DNA of 64,000 nucleotides, taken from the NCBI RefSeq assembly GCF_009914755.1, contig NC_060947.1; one strand, written 5' to 3'. This document shows, in pieces, positions 14,021 to 30,564 of the stretch. This stretch comes from the human T2T-CHM13v2.0 reference genome, Homo sapiens. The position numbers and the translations under genes are program-made. A model generated the notes under the pieces. That model had not been told where the DNA came from, ran no database searches, and saw only the letters and a list, made by a program, of their open reading frames with translations. Numbering within the stretch: position 1 is the stretch's first letter; every line of letters starts with the position of its first letter.

Positions 14021-14616
14021 TGTGTAGCAGAAGCTGCTGGTTGCCTGTCCAGCAGCCATTCTCCCCTTCCTTCTTACTAAAAGATCACAGGTTGTGTTCA
14101 GCAGCAATGTGTCCCTCCCCAAACGATGAACCATGATGACTCTTAAGTCAAAAAATTAATTCCCCTTTGCCAGGAATTGCTCCAGGGATAAGCATGTAAC
14201 CCAATATTGGACAATGGCAAGTAAAATGAAGTCTGCTTAGGGGCAGGGGGAGGGAGCTTATGGGAAAGATTTTTCTCCCTGATAAAAGAGAAAACTGCGC
14301 AAGGAGAAGACTTTTCCCTCTTTTCTGCCTTTCAGCTTTGGAGGCTATTGTGTAAGGATAAACGTCTGAAGCTGGAGCAGCCATTTTGCAACCACAAGGT
14401 AAGATGTCACAGGACTAAAGATTTTCAGTTGAGGATGGCAAAGTGGATAGATAAAAAGAACCCAGGACCTTGGATGATGTCACCAGACTACAACATCAAC
14501 CTTATACATCTTACCTCCACAATTCTTGTTAGGTCAACAATAAATATCCTTTCAATTTAAGCCACTGTGAATAGCACTGTTTGTTACATGCAACTGTATG
14601 CATATAAACTGATACA
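14021..14616 (+). mobile_element. MLT1 (J/K-like) solo LTR
   Basis: Starts tgtgtagcagaagctgctggttgcc..cagccattctcccc and ends aactgataca. Confidence 0.7.
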
Positions 14617-14653
14617 CAAATGAATGAAAACTTTACTGCATATTCTTGATAGA

Positions 14654-14951
14654 TTTTTTTTTTTTTTTTGAGACAGGGTCTCGCTCTGTTGCCCAGGAGG
14701 GAGTGTAGTGGTATGATCCCGGCTTACTGCAGCCTCCATCTCCTGGGTCCAAGAGATTCTCGTGCCTCAGCCTACTGAGTAGCTGGGATTACAAGCATGC
14801 ACCACTACGCTCAGCTAATTTTTGTATTTTTACTAGAGACAGGGTTTCACCATGTTGGCCAGGCTGGTCTCGAACTAGTGACCTCAAGTGATCTGCCCGC
14901 CTGGGCCTCCCAAAGTGCTGGGATTACAGGCATGAGCCACTGCCCTCAGCC
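14654..14951 (-). mobile_element. Alu (Jb/Sz-like)
   Basis: Full dimer; TSD ttgatag. Confidence 0.92.
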
Positions 14952-16433
14952 TTGATAGGTGTTTTTTAAGTGAAAAGAAAATAAATGGGTATTAGCTGCC
15001 ACTCTCAGAAAATTTCCAGTTTATTTTCAGCCTGAGCTCATATATTAACTTCTATAAAAATATGATGACTAGTCTGCAAAATAGACACCCTGAAAGATAC
15101 AATAAGCTCGAAGACAGACTCACTTATGTTCAGTAGACTGTACTTACTAAAGCAGCAGAGGAGCTTTATGTACATTGGGGAAAGATTTTCCCCACCATTA
15201 AAATTTTTCAAAAGGAAGAAAAATAGAGAAAGAAGTTGGGGAGGATGGGAGAAGGGAGGTTTCTTAGTAAACTTTCCTTTATTTATAAAAGGCTATCCCT
15301 CTAGAATTCTGCTAATTGAGGTTTTATTATGACATAACTATTAATCAGTCTACATATGGTTCAGATTACCACTCTGGAAAGAATGCTTCAGTGCTTCTTC
15401 CACACAAATACAAATTGTACGTTGGCTCAGAAATCAGAAACTCAGAGCCATGTAGGATTCTGTCTCTCAGCCATACCTGGAGCCAACTGCATTTATAATT
15501 TTGCTCTCCTTGCAAAAACTTTCTCTAATTCAACAGATTTTCAAAGAAATAGCCACTCTTTTTTTTTCCAAAGTTCAAATTAGGGTCTTCCTGGCCTATG
15601 GAACCCCACCCATTCATTCTGAATGTCCAGGTAGATAAGATCATCGAGGCACCAAAGTCACTCTTAAATAATACTTATTATATGTATTGAAATTACATCA
15701 GGAGACTAGATTTCTGAAGGCTAGTAGAGTGTTCCTGCTATCACGCCATAAGGTTTCTCACCGTAAGGTAGGGATGTGGTAGAGATTTAAGACTAATGGA
15801 AAACTTGGCAAATTTGCTAAAACTACATAGTTCTTTATTGATTATGATACCTGACCCAAATTGGTAGATTTGCTGGCTCTGTATTATATTTTTAGCTCAA
15901 AGTGTTGGGTTTATTTTTTAGTCATTTTGAAGACAGTTCTTCATTCTTTACATTTTGTTTCTCCCTTCATCATTATTCTAGACATAATTTTAATATTGTC
16001 AGAAAGAAGCATATTTAATAGTAAATTGCACCATCAATTTTATACTGAAAGTCAATGGGAAAATAAAATTTACTTTGCAGTAGGGATTCTTAACCTGAGG
16101 ATCATGGCCTACTACAGAATTAATGAAAGGGCTTTGGAGGGCCCATGAACCCCTTGTAATTGAACATGTTTTTTGGTACATGCTTTTGATACATGCCTTT
16201 TGGTACTAGCATGCTTTTTCTAGGGGAAAAAGATGTTAGCTTTCAGTAGATTTTAATAAATTTTAAAAGCCATGGTCTTACAGCATTCTTTATTGTTAAG
16301 CATGTTAGAATATTTACTGAAGAAGCATGTAGTGTCCTTCTTTTTGATATTTAACTCATTTTAGTGTTGGGGAGAGAGAAGCAAATATGTTTTTAAAAAG
16401 GATAAATGCTTATCATACTGGTTTCTTCTAGAT

Positions 16434-16649
16434 TAGTGCTGTCCAATGCAACTTTCTGCAATGATGGAAATATTCTTTATCTGTACTGTCAAATACGGCA
16501 GCCACTAGTCCTATGTGGTTATTAAGCATTTAAAATGTGGCTAGTAAAACAAGAGAAGTGAATGTTTTTATTTCATTTAATTTTAGTTAATTTAAATTTA
16601 CATTTAAATAGCCACATGTGGTTAATAGCTACCATACTGGATAGCACAG
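16434..16649 (+). mobile_element. MER3 (hAT-Charlie MITE)
   Basis: gctgtccaat..aactttctgc.atgatggaaat...gccacatgtgg...ggatagcacag follows the MER3 consensus. Confidence 0.85.
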
Positions 16650-17561
16650 GCCTAGACCTAACTTTTTAAAAGTATTCTATGGAGATAAATCATGTCTATA
16701 AATTGCTCAGGGGTGGGAACTATGTCTAATTTACCTTGTATACCCAGTATATGATTTGGAATTGGTAAAAATGTTGGAGAAAAAAGAGAAAAATCTGCCT
16801 TAAATTTCTTGTGACACATAAATTATGTCCTCATGCTTATAATTTTGGATGGTTTTATTCTAATCAGTCCAGCTTCCGTATATAAATTTAAACTGTGACA
16901 ATACTGCAGATTTGGATGTTTACAAAAGGGTATTTTGTACTATTGGAAGCCATAGGGTGTTTATTTGTGGGAGCCAGATGATTTAGTGCTAACAAATGAT
17001 CTGCCAATGGATTACAGAGCAGCTGTGGTACAGTATGAAGGACATTTGAATAGCTTCTGAACAAAGATCAAATCCAAGGCATTGCCAGAAAAACATGATT
17101 TAAAGATGAAGGCAAAATTACGGCTGTAAAATCCTTTGTTAAATCAAGGTAGTGCCTTAAAGTACCTTCAGTCTTACAAAAGGCCCCTTAGAGAGATTAA
17201 GGGTATCTCAAGTTCCTCTCAATCAAACAGAGAAGAGTCTATATCTATGAGATTTGTAAGGTGGCTAATAGGGTGAACTTTTGTCTAATAGAGTGAATTC
17301 TAAGAAGATTCACAGGAGACCCACAAAATTCTTAAAAGAGTTATATATGCTGAAATATCACTAGCTTGACTTAGGAAGGCAGAGACATTAAGGAATAAGG
17401 AGAGGTCTTTGATCCCCTACAATTATACTGTCAGAAAGCAGGCTCAGTGAGCTGCTTAGCTGTGAATAGATGCTATTTTTCTAAAAAAAAAAAAAAGGGG
17501 GGGGGGAGTGAGTATATTTTGCATGTTGGTGGGAAATAATCACTGGGTGCCAGAGGGTAGA

Positions 17562-18055
17562 CTCTGATATGCAGCTTCTAAGATGGCCCCCAATTATCCC
17601 TGTCCCCTGGCATTCATAACCTTTTGTAACTCCTCACTTTAAGTGTGGAATGAATTTATTAACTTGCTTCTAATGAATAAATTTTGGCAGAAGGGACACC
17701 ATATCTCTTTTGAAGTCAAGTTATAAAAAGACTGTGGTGTCCATCTTGAATACTGTCTCACACTCTCTCTCTTGGATCACTCATTCCGGGTCAAGTTAGC
17801 TGCCAAGTCATGAGGGCGCCCTGTGGAGTGGCCCATGTGTTGAGGGACCAAAAGCCTGCCAACAATAACATAAGTAAGGTTATAAGAAGATCTCCCCAGC
17901 TACACACACACATAACACCCACAAGTCGAGCCATCAGATGAAACTGCAGGCCAAGCCAATAACTTGCTTGCAACCTCATGAGAGACCTTGAGCCAGCTAA
18001 ACCATGCCCAGATCCTGACTTATAAAAATTCTAACATAATAAACAGTATTTGTTT
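17562..18055 (+). mobile_element. MLT1E/F-like LTR, probably preceded by MaLR internal sequence (~16870-17560)
   Basis: ctaagatggcccccaat..tccc start; purine tract gccagagggtagac directly upstream. Confidence 0.65.
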
Positions 18056-21000
18056 TTAAAACAAAAGGAGGAAAAGGTGTAGGAAGAGTAGAAAGTACAA
18101 AAGGAGGAAGGGAAAAAGAAAGGGCATTTGCCTTAAAGTCAGAAGATTCTGATGTACCTCTCAGCCTTGGTTTAATAGTCTTCTCTTAGGTCACTGCGGT
18201 AGATACTGCTTATTCCTCAATCAGATCCCCTTTACTCAGGCTGGTGTGCCCATCTCCTAGCTGCTGGGAGCCTTTGACTGCAAATAACTCACAGTTGCCC
18301 TCTTCTCCAGAGAATTGTCCTCAGCTGATAGGAGCCACTTCTTCCTCCCCACCTGTTTCCTGGAGGCAGCCAATGTTTGATTGATATGGAGGAACATGAA
18401 GCCAGACTTCTAGCCCCCAAAGGTGAGTGGAAGGACAACCTTGCAGTATTTATGTTTCTAAGAACCCTGTGGTGCTAGAATTTACCTGAGACTCTATCCT
18501 TGCTTAGCTCTTTCTTGCTTCCCTTCCTCAATTATAGGTTTTTTTCCTGAGAGTATTCCCTCAACAAACCATAAGCTTTGCTTCTAGGAAACCAAGCTAA
18601 GAGAGCCACTGAGTCTCTCTAAGCCTCAAATACCCCAATTAGGCATGCCTCAACAGGGTTGCCATAAATTAAATGGCATAATATATATGTTTTAGTTTTA
18701 CAAGTTTCTAATTTGAGGGTTCATAATCACATTTTCTACTTAATTATGTGAGTATAAATTGAAGGCCTCCACATCCCTGAGCTGCTGTGTAAATGAGTTT
18801 CTTGAAAAAATGTAAAAATATGACAAACTTATATCTGGCATGATATACTTTTTAAAGTTTAAGCATGAAACATGGTCAAGAATCTCAGTGCTTCCAAAGT
18901 TTTCTGTGTGTTTTTTAAAATTCCTCTAACAATCCTGTATGATTTGTGATTTAGAAAATCTTTCATAAACATATGTATATGTATTCATCTTAATAACCAC
19001 CAGGAAAAGCCATACAGTCAATCTTTTTCAGAAAAGTAAACTGTTGTCAAGTTTACTCTATGAGTTCAGATGATCCAGATAATAAAATTTGCTTTAGGAA
19101 AAAGTGATTTTTAGGCTCAAGACATTACCATAGTTTACACTTTGAGGTAGGAAAAACCCTGTGGTTCCCTATATGCCTTTATGACTTAAAAACATTTACA
19201 AAATGGGGACTCACCAAAAGTTATTTTATTGCTGAAAGGTGCTATTGCCGGGTCTCTTGTATTCTTGAAGCTCTTGTTAACACAGGTGAGTGTACAAACA
19301 TTTCTAGTGACAGAAATGGGCTAACAAAGGGCCTGTCCATAGCTTGTGTGGACACAGGTACAGTGGTAACCCTTCTCTCCTCCATAGCTAAATCTGCAGA
19401 AGCTTCTCTTCTGGAAAGTCCTAATTTATGGGGGCTTTTGAAGAAGCCCAGAAGTCAGTTCCGTATGCCTGACTAGCAGGCAAGATCTATTCTGTTATAT
19501 CTTGGCAAAGTTTCAACAGAGGAGAGATGTCCAGGAGTTGTGTGTAAAGGTGTATATGTTTGAAGGAGTAGAGCGAAAAAGAAACTTTAGCTTTTCAGAG
19601 CACCAGCTTCAACCCCAAGATGAAGGCTCAGAACAAGTACACAGAGAACCAGGATCTGTAAATGAGACATTCTTCCTTGGATTCCTTACATCCCTAAATA
19701 AGTGGCAGACTAATAGATAAAAGCGCAAGAGTAAGAAAAGAGGGGAAATACACAGAGGAAGATTCTTGTTCCAAATGGAACAAAGGGATCCAGAAAGATT
19801 AGTCTAAACCTTTTGCTAATCATGGGGAATGAACTGAAGAAAATGTTTATTACCAGTGCTTTTCTTGTGGCAGAAGATTCAACAGAATGTTCAGATGAAA
19901 CAAGTTTATAGGACATATCAGACATTCAGCTTACCAAATCCCTGTCTTTACTACCATCATAAGTGCCTCAGCGATACCAACCATCAACTAAGAATAGTAT
20001 GTTTCAAACTGTTGACCCCATTTAGTAGGTCATGACTAGTATTTTTGTAGTGAAATAGAATTGAAAATGTCAGGGTGCACTGCACATATAAAGAATAAAC
20101 CTTACTTTGTACAATTTTTGTTTTTATATAGGTGTATGTGTGGTAGGGTATCCCCAGTTTGCATAGCACAGTCCCATTTTATGCCTGTTGTCCCAGCATT
20201 ACTTTTTCAGCTTTACTGGGGTATAATGGGCAAAATTATATATATTTAAGGTTTACAACATGATGTTTTGAAATACGTATCCATTGTGATATAATCACCA
20301 TAATCAAGCTAATTAACATATCCATCACCTCACATGGTTACCATCTAACATTATTATTAATAGCATTCTCTTTCACACTCAAAACCTTCCTGATTTGTAC
20401 AATAAATAATATATTCACTCTAACAATAGGTCACAGTAGAATATATTTCTTCCTGTGGGTCTTGTCAAAAGTATTAGAAAAACAGTGATTTAAATACTTT
20501 GAAAACCTACATTTGTTAAGTTAATTCGGTTTCCTCCCTCAGAATGAAGGAATCTGAAAATCTGAGAAAGCCTTTGGGGGATCGGTGGTAGAAGTCTACT
20601 TTTATCTGATTTGTTCAGGGCATAGATGTTATATCCCATGAAACAGCAAGCAGACACTGAGTTTCCTCAACTGCTCATGGCCATCCTCTCTGGTAGGATG
20701 CAACTGAAAAAGCCCTGGGATTAAGTTCCAGTGCCATCCTGATTTGGGAAGCCACTTTTCTTTCCTGAGCCTCAGTTTGCTCATCTGTAAAATGGGACAC
20801 CAGAAGTGTTTAGAAGGGCATAGTACCTGTTTTCAAATTATGTTACCCTAGAACACTCCCATCCTCAACCTCTAGCTGGGACAACAGCAGTCAAGCAAAT
20901 CAAATTGCCCTCCTCCTTCTACACCTGGCAATAAACAAATTACCATGGCACATCATTTTAAAAATCTGCCTGGTCTTTCATTTCCATTGCCTCTTTAAGT

Positions 21001-23140
21001 CCTCAGTGCAACCTTATGAGGCAGGTATCATTCAGTGACTAGAATGTAAACCTGGGGAGGGCAACAACTCTTTGACACTTTGTTTATGATTGTATTCTCA
21101 GCTCAGAGAATGAAGTGATTATCAGTTATAGGAGAACAAGGATTGAACTTTTCTGATTCTAAATCTCATGCAATTTCACTCCTTGTTTCTGTCTTCATGA
21201 CTCAGAAACCTACCTGAAAGCCCTTTCCCTCCTCTCAGTTCCTTTCTTGTGTTTAAAGCTATTTCAAAGCCTAGCTCCCCCAGTTTATCTTTCCTAACCA
21301 TTCCATTCACATTGATGCACTCTGTTCACATTTTTAAATCAGCACTGATTTTATGTTGCGTTGGATTTTCAGAAGCCATTTCGAGTTTTTTCTTCCCAGC
21401 TAGACATCAAACTCTTCAGGGAATACGGTCAGGGTTTGTTTCCCCTTACTGCCCCTGTGAAACTAACAAAGGCTCTCAAAAGTTTTCTTCCCCTTGAGAC
21501 TTTAGCCTACACATTACTGATATGCTCAAGCTGTTCCATCAATATCAGAATGAGACATCCATCTCCCTCAGTGAAGGCTGTACTTACAGAAACAGATACT
21601 GTATTTAAGGCACAAAAAGCTGCCCAAATAAAGCTGCGACTGGTACGTCGTTCTTGGCAGTAACCCAGCAGTATAACTTACAAAATTCTGGCACATCTTG
21701 GCAAAACTGAGAATAACTGAATTCAGAGAAGACAGAGTCTAAGAAAATAAAATAAAATCGCCACAGTGTGTACTGAGAATTGTAGGCAGCAAACTTTTAA
21801 TTGCCAGCTGTAGATTGATATTTTAATATAGTACATTAAATGGCAGAGAGAGACAGAGAGAAGAGAGTGTGAAGAAAGATATTTCCAGAAAACAGCACTG
21901 AAACACTGAAATGAACATCATGAGAATGCCTGAAAGTGACAGGCTGCAGTCTGCTCAGCTGAAACCTAAGGCTTCTTCCTTATAAAACATTCTCCGGTTC
22001 CCCAACAGGGAATAGAACACGAGCACCCAAGAACAAAAACCTGGACTTTACTTGAAGTTTTTTACAGATGGCTATTTTATCCAGCTCTGCCTGTGTTGGG
22101 AGGTAGAATCATTTCTTTTCTGGGTAGCTTCTCTCTTGAAAGCACCGATTTCTCCATTCGGTGCCCTTGAACTGATAGTCACACAGTAGCTGTTGTCAGT
22201 TATTATTATCTTCACTGGGAGACTCAAGCTCTAGTGGGAAAGTGAAGGTGCAACTAAGCTGACGGCAATTCTAGTTTTCAAAATGATCATCTGCAGGCTT
22301 TTGGCAATACCTGTTGTGTGAGGCTACACCCCAGCACACAATGCCTGGTGCTAGCACTTCCTAGGTGTGATAGACATCTATTGTGTTCCTCTCAAAGAAA
22401 GAAGAGCCTTTCTTTTGGAAAACTGCATTATTCCTCATACCTATGTGGTTCTAGTAGAGGTGAGTTTATCCTATCCCTTGACTACAGGAGCAATCATATG
22501 AACCAATTACATGAACCAATGAGAATCTTGGAAGGATTTTTCTCTGGTGGTAAAATGAGGAAGATGTGAGCCCTGAAGCTGCCAACGACAAAGATTAAAT
22601 CTCATACAGAATGCTAATTCGAGAGAATGAAGCCATCAAAGAAAAGCAAAAACAAAACAGAGAAAGAGAGAAAGAGAGATCCCACAATATTTGAGCCCTT
22701 GGTTCCAGTATTGCTTGGCCCCACAAGCATACCTCTGCCCTAACATAAGATGATAAGCCCATCCTTTCTTCAAAGCTTTTTCGAAACTGGTTTCTGTCAT
22801 GTGCCATCAAGAGTCCTAACTTAAACAGTAGACCATCAATTTACATTTGAATGAAATAGATGACTAAAACATACAGCATGACATCTGGTTTGAGATAAGA
22901 AATCAATCTCAGTGTATCATTTCCAATTCCCTATTTCAAAACAATACTATAGCTCAGACTTAACACTTTAAAATTAAATTAAAACATTAGTGAGCCATTC
23001 CATAAATTTAGTGGGACCAGCTTTATTTGCAATAAAATACATTAGATTAGAATAGGGGAAAATAGCAGATACTTATAATATACCATACATAGTAAAAGTG
23101 AGCATTGTTTCATGACACTTTTGTTTCAATTATACACAGA

Positions 23141-23164
23141 CACACACACACACACACACACACA
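23141..23164. repeat. (CA)12 microsatellite
   Basis: Read directly. Confidence 0.95.
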
Positions 23165-25899
23165 TATACCATATTTTATTGACTCTAAAACAACACTTTT
23201 TAACATTTTAATTTCCCTGAACCCAAGATGAGCTCTATAATCAATGGAATGGCATAGTTTAATTGGTATCATTTTTCTTTTTTAGTGATACCTAAAATAA
23301 TGGTGACTGACGACTGACAGAGTTTTGGAGTTGATGGCATACTGTGTGCATGGTATGTGTGTGTTTTGGATTGTGATATAAAACATATTTCTTACTGCAG
23401 GTAGCAATCAAAAGAGTTTGAAAACAATTGTATTACACACCTTATCTAGAACTCCCAAGTTGATAATCAGAATAGTCTTTGCTGTACATATCAGCTAAGT
23501 CATTTATCCACTCTCATATTTACATAATGCCTTAACACACTAGTTTTTTACAGGGTTCCCCAAATGGCTTTCTTCTCATTGTGGAAACTTCCTGATCCTC
23601 ATGGGGAAACCTCAGGCAGCAGAACAGGCAAGTGGAGATAATATGTTGCATGGATAGGCTTCTGGTGCTATCCAACGAATACCACATTTAGCCCACTGCC
23701 CAGCTAAAGAGAGCCCCACAAAGAGGCACAGCGTGGCTTGTAACCCTGCCAAAGTATCAGGGCACTGATGACAGGGGAGTCATGTGGCCTCTCACCTACA
23801 GATGGCAGCATCCCCAAAGTGCATTTATAAATCAGTTGCTTATAATTTGAAATTGGCTTTTCCTTGGAAACCACATTATCAGTGGTGATCAGGTCCCCTA
23901 GAGAGTCCATAAGAGCTGTTTTAAGCCATAATATAGTCAAACTCTAGATGTCCCTGGGGGGATGGCTCAGGGTCCACTAAATGGGGAGGCCATTCTCGTC
24001 CCTCTCATGCCCGCTGTCCCCTGCCCTGAAACACAGCATTCAGGTTCATTCTACTTCCTGTACAATCATCCTGCTACTTTTCAGTCTCGAGCTGCTGACC
24101 CAGACAGAGTTTAACAAAGAGGCTAATATGGATATGGATATTTATATGTGTGTCCTGTTTTCTGTTATTGAGAGTGCTGTGATCCAAGATTTTGAAGCTC
24201 AGAAATTCCAGATGCAAACACAAATTACCATTTTATTTCTTGGCTGCTCTTAAGGATGCTGCAACTTGTCAATACAGGAGCCTGCAGGCATGTTGGCCCC
24301 TTCCCAGTCCCTTGCTGGAGAAGGGCCTGCAGTGACAGGCTCCCTTTGTCCTTCCCCTAGGACCAAGGCAGGCTGTCTGCAGGGAAGGGACTGGAGGGGC
24401 TGGTGAAGTCCTCATTTGCAGCGATGAGGGCAGTTCTCAGAAACCATGGGCCAGTGAAAAAGGCAGTATGTGCCCTAAAGGGAACTTTGCCAAAAATTGA
24501 GTCTTTCTGAGCAATTTTCCAGCATCCTGGTGTGCAGATGAAAGTCCAGGGTAAGAAGGAAATAAAAGGTAAATTAAATGAAGTAGCAACTATTTCTCCA
24601 GCCTTTTACCATGCAGGAGCAGCTTTGTACAGCACCATCTTATCTGGTCTTACTGGCCAAGGTAGACACCAGTGAGTCCTAACACAGTCCTTACAGTCCT
24701 AGCTTGTAAGAGAGAAGAAATACCTACTATTTAGTTAACAGACACTACCTCAGGCACTGCCTTGGGTGATTTACATGAATTATTTAATTCAATCAAGGTA
24801 CTCACATGAATTCACATGAAACCTATCCAAAAAAGAAAGGTGGGGAGGGGGGGAAATGCAAACACACTATTTTGCAGCCCTAACAAAACCTGTCAGTAAT
24901 TGTTTTGTTAGTATGGGTCTTTTAATGTTCTTCTATGTGTAGTAGTCAAGTCACATTCAAATTTTACACAGCACAATCAAACTGGGTATGGGATCTTCAT
25001 CATTGTTAAGGCTGCATTAGGGAAGTTAAGACAGGGCATTTTTAGAGCATGAATGCCAATGCTTCCTAGAAATTCCCCTCTTCAATGAAATTCTGAGCAA
25101 GGAATTATAAATGAAAAATTAAAGCAGGCAGCAAATGGGAAACACCCTAGGCAGTCTTTTTCTCTCCTCCCTTGATGAACACCCAAAAATTTTCCTCAAA
25201 TGCTTGCAAATGGCAACTTTTTGTCTCATTGTAAAATCTTGAACAAGTGGTAGGTCAGCCATCTCCACTGAGAATTTTCTAGTTTGTAAATCTGAAGAGG
25301 ATAATTTGAGGAGGTACATATGTCCTTCAAACATCAAATTACAGATTGCTCTGGCACAATATCATGAAATACATTTGAAAGTAACTAAAGGTTGAAAATG
25401 GAATCAATTTCAAAGTCAAGCAATTAGGATCCTATTTCAGGCAGTATGGTGAGCCATGTAGCCTGGCTGTGCTTACATGAAAATCAATGAAAAAAATCCA
25501 CTTTTAGCTTGCAAGAAAGTAAGAAATACTGTGAAAGCAGGATCCTGATTAGGTACCAGATATTAAGGCTCACCTTTTATTCTGAGGATAACTGCCAAAA
25601 CTGAGCTTTAATTTCCATGGACTGGTGAGACCTTGGATACAGAAGACAAACTCCAGAGACTATTCAAGGTCATCAGTTTTAGAGGAGACTGCCTACATCC
25701 CCTCACCCTCACCTCCTACATAAAGCTGATATACCAACAGCCTATACTCTCAGTGTAAAGAGTGAAATAAATCCATCCCATGTATAGGGACTACAAAGAA
25801 AAGTTCTCATCTTGTACCCCAGCAGTGAGTGAAAGAAGGAAAATCCTTCCCCTGAGAATTAATAACCATATTATTATTACTATTATATTATTACTAAAA

Positions 25900-26900
<1,001 letters not shown>

Positions 26901-29900
26901 GCAAGGACTACAGGGTAAAGTTTTTGCTCTTTTTTTGGTAAGTTCTTATTAAACTGGCTGGTAAGTAGAGGTGTTTGTGGTTTTTTTTTTTTTTTTTTTA
27001 CCATACCCATATTATGTAAATATTCTTTTTTTCTACTCATTGTTTAATTTAAAATTTTTCAAGCAGAGCAATTAAAATATCTTTGATGCAAAGAGCTTGT
27101 TAGGTTTGTTTCTCATTTGTTTGCAATGATAAGAACATGTTTATCCAAGAAGTTCTTAAAAATTACCATTTGGGCCTCCAACTAAAAGATATGCTTTGCC
27201 AATAAAATTAGAGAGTCTTAGATCTGGAAATACTCTTGGAAGACAATCTGATGCACACGCCAGCCTCAAGTACTGAGAGAGTCCCAATGAAAACTCAAAA
27301 GTTTGGAGACAGCCTTCCCAGCCTACTCCCAAGCTGTTCTCAACATTTTACTTGTAGGAAAGTTGAAATTTCTTCCTTAAAGTCCACCTAAATATCTTTC
27401 TTGCTTTAATATTATATATGGGGAAAAGCCACAGATTAGGAAGAAGGGCTCAAGAGTAACGAGATCCCAGCTGGCAATTTTACCTGAGCTCAAATTTCCA
27501 GATCCAAGGAAACTACATCCCAGGGCCTTAAAGAATATAAAGGATGGACGTGAAATTATTCTTCATAATCACTGAAAAATTAAGGGAAACCAAAGAAGTG
27601 TCAAAGGCTGTGGATAGACAATTTTCAAATCAGTAAAAATATGGAGTATGGAAACCATAGACATGAAAAGTTTCAATTTTATCCTAAGCGTTATTTTAGA
27701 ACAGATTATTAACAAAAAAAATAGGAAGAAATTTTTAGAATAGTGACAATTTGGAATCAGCGTTGGTTCAAAAATAGCAAATCAGGCCAAAGTAACCTCA
27801 TTTCTTTGGTTTACCCAAGAGAATGCCTCCTCTAGTAAATCTAGTTTACATAAAGGTCCATTCAGAGAAATACTGATTTATGAATTGTATTCACAGAAAG
27901 CAATTACTTTTCACTTTTTTGAATACAATCCACAGAAAATGTTTCATCTTGTGACTCAGTACACACATACATTTATATGATCGAAAAATAAGTTTCATGG
28001 AACAATATTTAAGTATGATGCCCTCTCATATTTGCTATTCTATTACATTTGAGTGTTTAAAAAGTGCTAATCATGACCACTACAAGAATTTCACAACCCA
28101 TTAACAGGTAACCTCCTCTCAGGAGATATGCTATAGGGCTCTGTGTCATTCTACCAGTGAAGGAAGAATTAAGAAGAACAAATCTGTAGAAGATAACCAA
28201 GCTGGGGAGGACAAGCTCTTAGTTTTCTTTCTCCCAAAGCAGAGTCTGAAACAAGGACTTGGGTGCTGTTGTTCATTTGGAAGGTGATCCCAGGAAGCAC
28301 AGTGAGAAAGCAGGGGAAATGAGAAAGGAATAGGGGAAAAGCCCATAAAGATATGCTAATGAGCAGGTTACTTCTGGGGGCAACCTGGATTCATTCCCAC
28401 TGAGGAGCCTCTGAGGAAACACAACCCAGGGACACGAAAGGTTGGGTATTTACCCACAGACTCCTGCCTTTTTTTTGGCTAAGAGCTGGCGGGGTGTTAC
28501 ATCTCCTACTCTTCCAGAAATTCTTGCTGAGCGAGCTCCCACAGGACTGGAGTAAATCTAAAGGCAAAGCCTCTAAGACATGTGGACATCTAAGGTGAGA
28601 AACTGTCAGCATGTTTGAGAACTGTCTACCTCAGCTGCAGATGAATCCAGAGATGGGCGGAGGGGAGATGGCACAGGGCATCAACAATGTTGGCTACAGA
28701 TGGGCAAAACCAACAGATGATGAAACCATAGGCCATAGCTAGTTTGAAACCTACAAGGAGAAATTAAATAGAGATTATAAACATGAAGTCTTGTATTTCT
28801 CTCCCTACACTAAGCTGTACACCCAGCAAGGGGGAGAGCTTCCCTGGCAGGCTTGGGAAAGAGCAGCCAGCTAGTTGCCCACATTGTGAGCCAGCAGGTG
28901 AAATAGTTTCTTAAAAAAGAGAGAGCAACAGTGGCCTGCAAGAGGACAGAGGCTAAACCAAAGAAGTCTGGCTTATCCTAGACTGAAGCAACCACACTGG
29001 AATAACAGACCATTTGGGCCAATTCTTTTTTTTTCCTTTCTTTTTTTTGGACATGTTATAATTGTACATATTTATGGAATACAGAGTGATATTTTGATAT
29101 ATGCATACAATGCATAATGATTAAATTGGGGTAATTTACATATCTATCACCTCAAATATTTATCACTTGGGGCCACACTTTGAGAAGGACACAGACATGC
29201 CAGAAGATGCTAGAAAGAAAAAACAAAAAATGACCAACAGAGACTAGCTTTCATAGCAAATAAATAAGTAAACAAATAAATAAAAAGTTTGTTGAATGGT
29301 GAATAAACTTTAGATTTGTAGCCTGAAGAAAATGGGACTAAAAGGAAATAGAATCCCTGTGTTCTGATTTCTCAATGGTCATCCCATGGATAAAAATAGA
29401 GAGAAACTTACTTTGTGCAGTACCAAAAGTGAGAAATAAGGACAATGGCTAGATGTCATGTAGAGCTGATTTTAGCCCAGTGTGAGGCAGGGTATTCTAA
29501 GACTCCAAGACCATCTTGAGATTCCATCAAAGCTTACTGAAGCTGGAAGTGTTCCCATGAGGCCGAAGGATGCTGGCAAGAGGGGTGAGATGAGGGAAGT
29601 AGGGTGGGGCTCTACAGCCCTTTCCAAGGTTAAGATTATATGATTCTGTGAAATTGTAGTACCAAATAATGTCTTGCACACATACTCAGGATCAACTTTT
29701 ACGCTATGAAAAAGCAACCTTTGGGGAGGGAGTGGTGTACAGAAAGGTGGAGGACAGGACGAAATAAGACTCTAAAGGTAAGAGAGAGAAATAATAAAAA
29801 GGCAGAGTGATGAATGCTCACAAAAGATCATTTCCTTAGCTCTGGAGAGGAGAAAAGGATCTACGGCTTTCAATCCACTACCAATCACAAACTTAGGTTT

Positions 29901-30564
29901 CTGCCTTTTCCCCTGCTGTAAAAGAAATGTGGGGAGGGAGAAGAGAGAAGCCTCAGAGAATACCAATTTCATGTGTCTCAGATTCAATTCAAAGAAAGAA
30001 AAACAGGAGGTTTCACTGCTGTCATTTAGAAAATAAGCTACAGGCTATTTATCACACATATTGTTGGAGCCTTGGAGCACAGAAAATGATAAATGATGAA
30101 TCCAGATATGCCCTGGCTTATTAGGAACACTCACAGTGACTATCAAACAAGCAAGCACCCTGGGGTGGGGGCTAAGATCACTGCATGATTACCGCTATGA
30201 TTCTGGGCTGTAGCAAATGCTTCTTTTGAAGTAGGATTCTACAACACTGATGGTACAAACATTAGGCAGGCGCTGGGAAGCAAAAGTATACTGGAGAGCA
30301 AAATAAAAAAATGTTAAGAGGAAAATTATTTTTTAAGCTGGATGAGAAAGGTGACTCGTTGCATAATAAAGGACATTACTAACATATTAAGTTCTGGGGC
30401 CCGAGCAACAATCAGGGATAATACCATAAGCCACTCGTAATAAATATTTTATTTTTTAAAAAGTGCACAATTCAATGAACTGTTATAAACTGAACACACC
30501 CATGTAAGAGAACTCAGATCAAGAAACAGAACATGGTCAGAAACCTGCCACTATCCTGACGTCT

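Noticed and set aside
16170-16220. Short ~13-bp tandem (ttttggtacatgc), and a similar 21-bp pair near 904-934
   Set aside because: Ordinary slippage duplications
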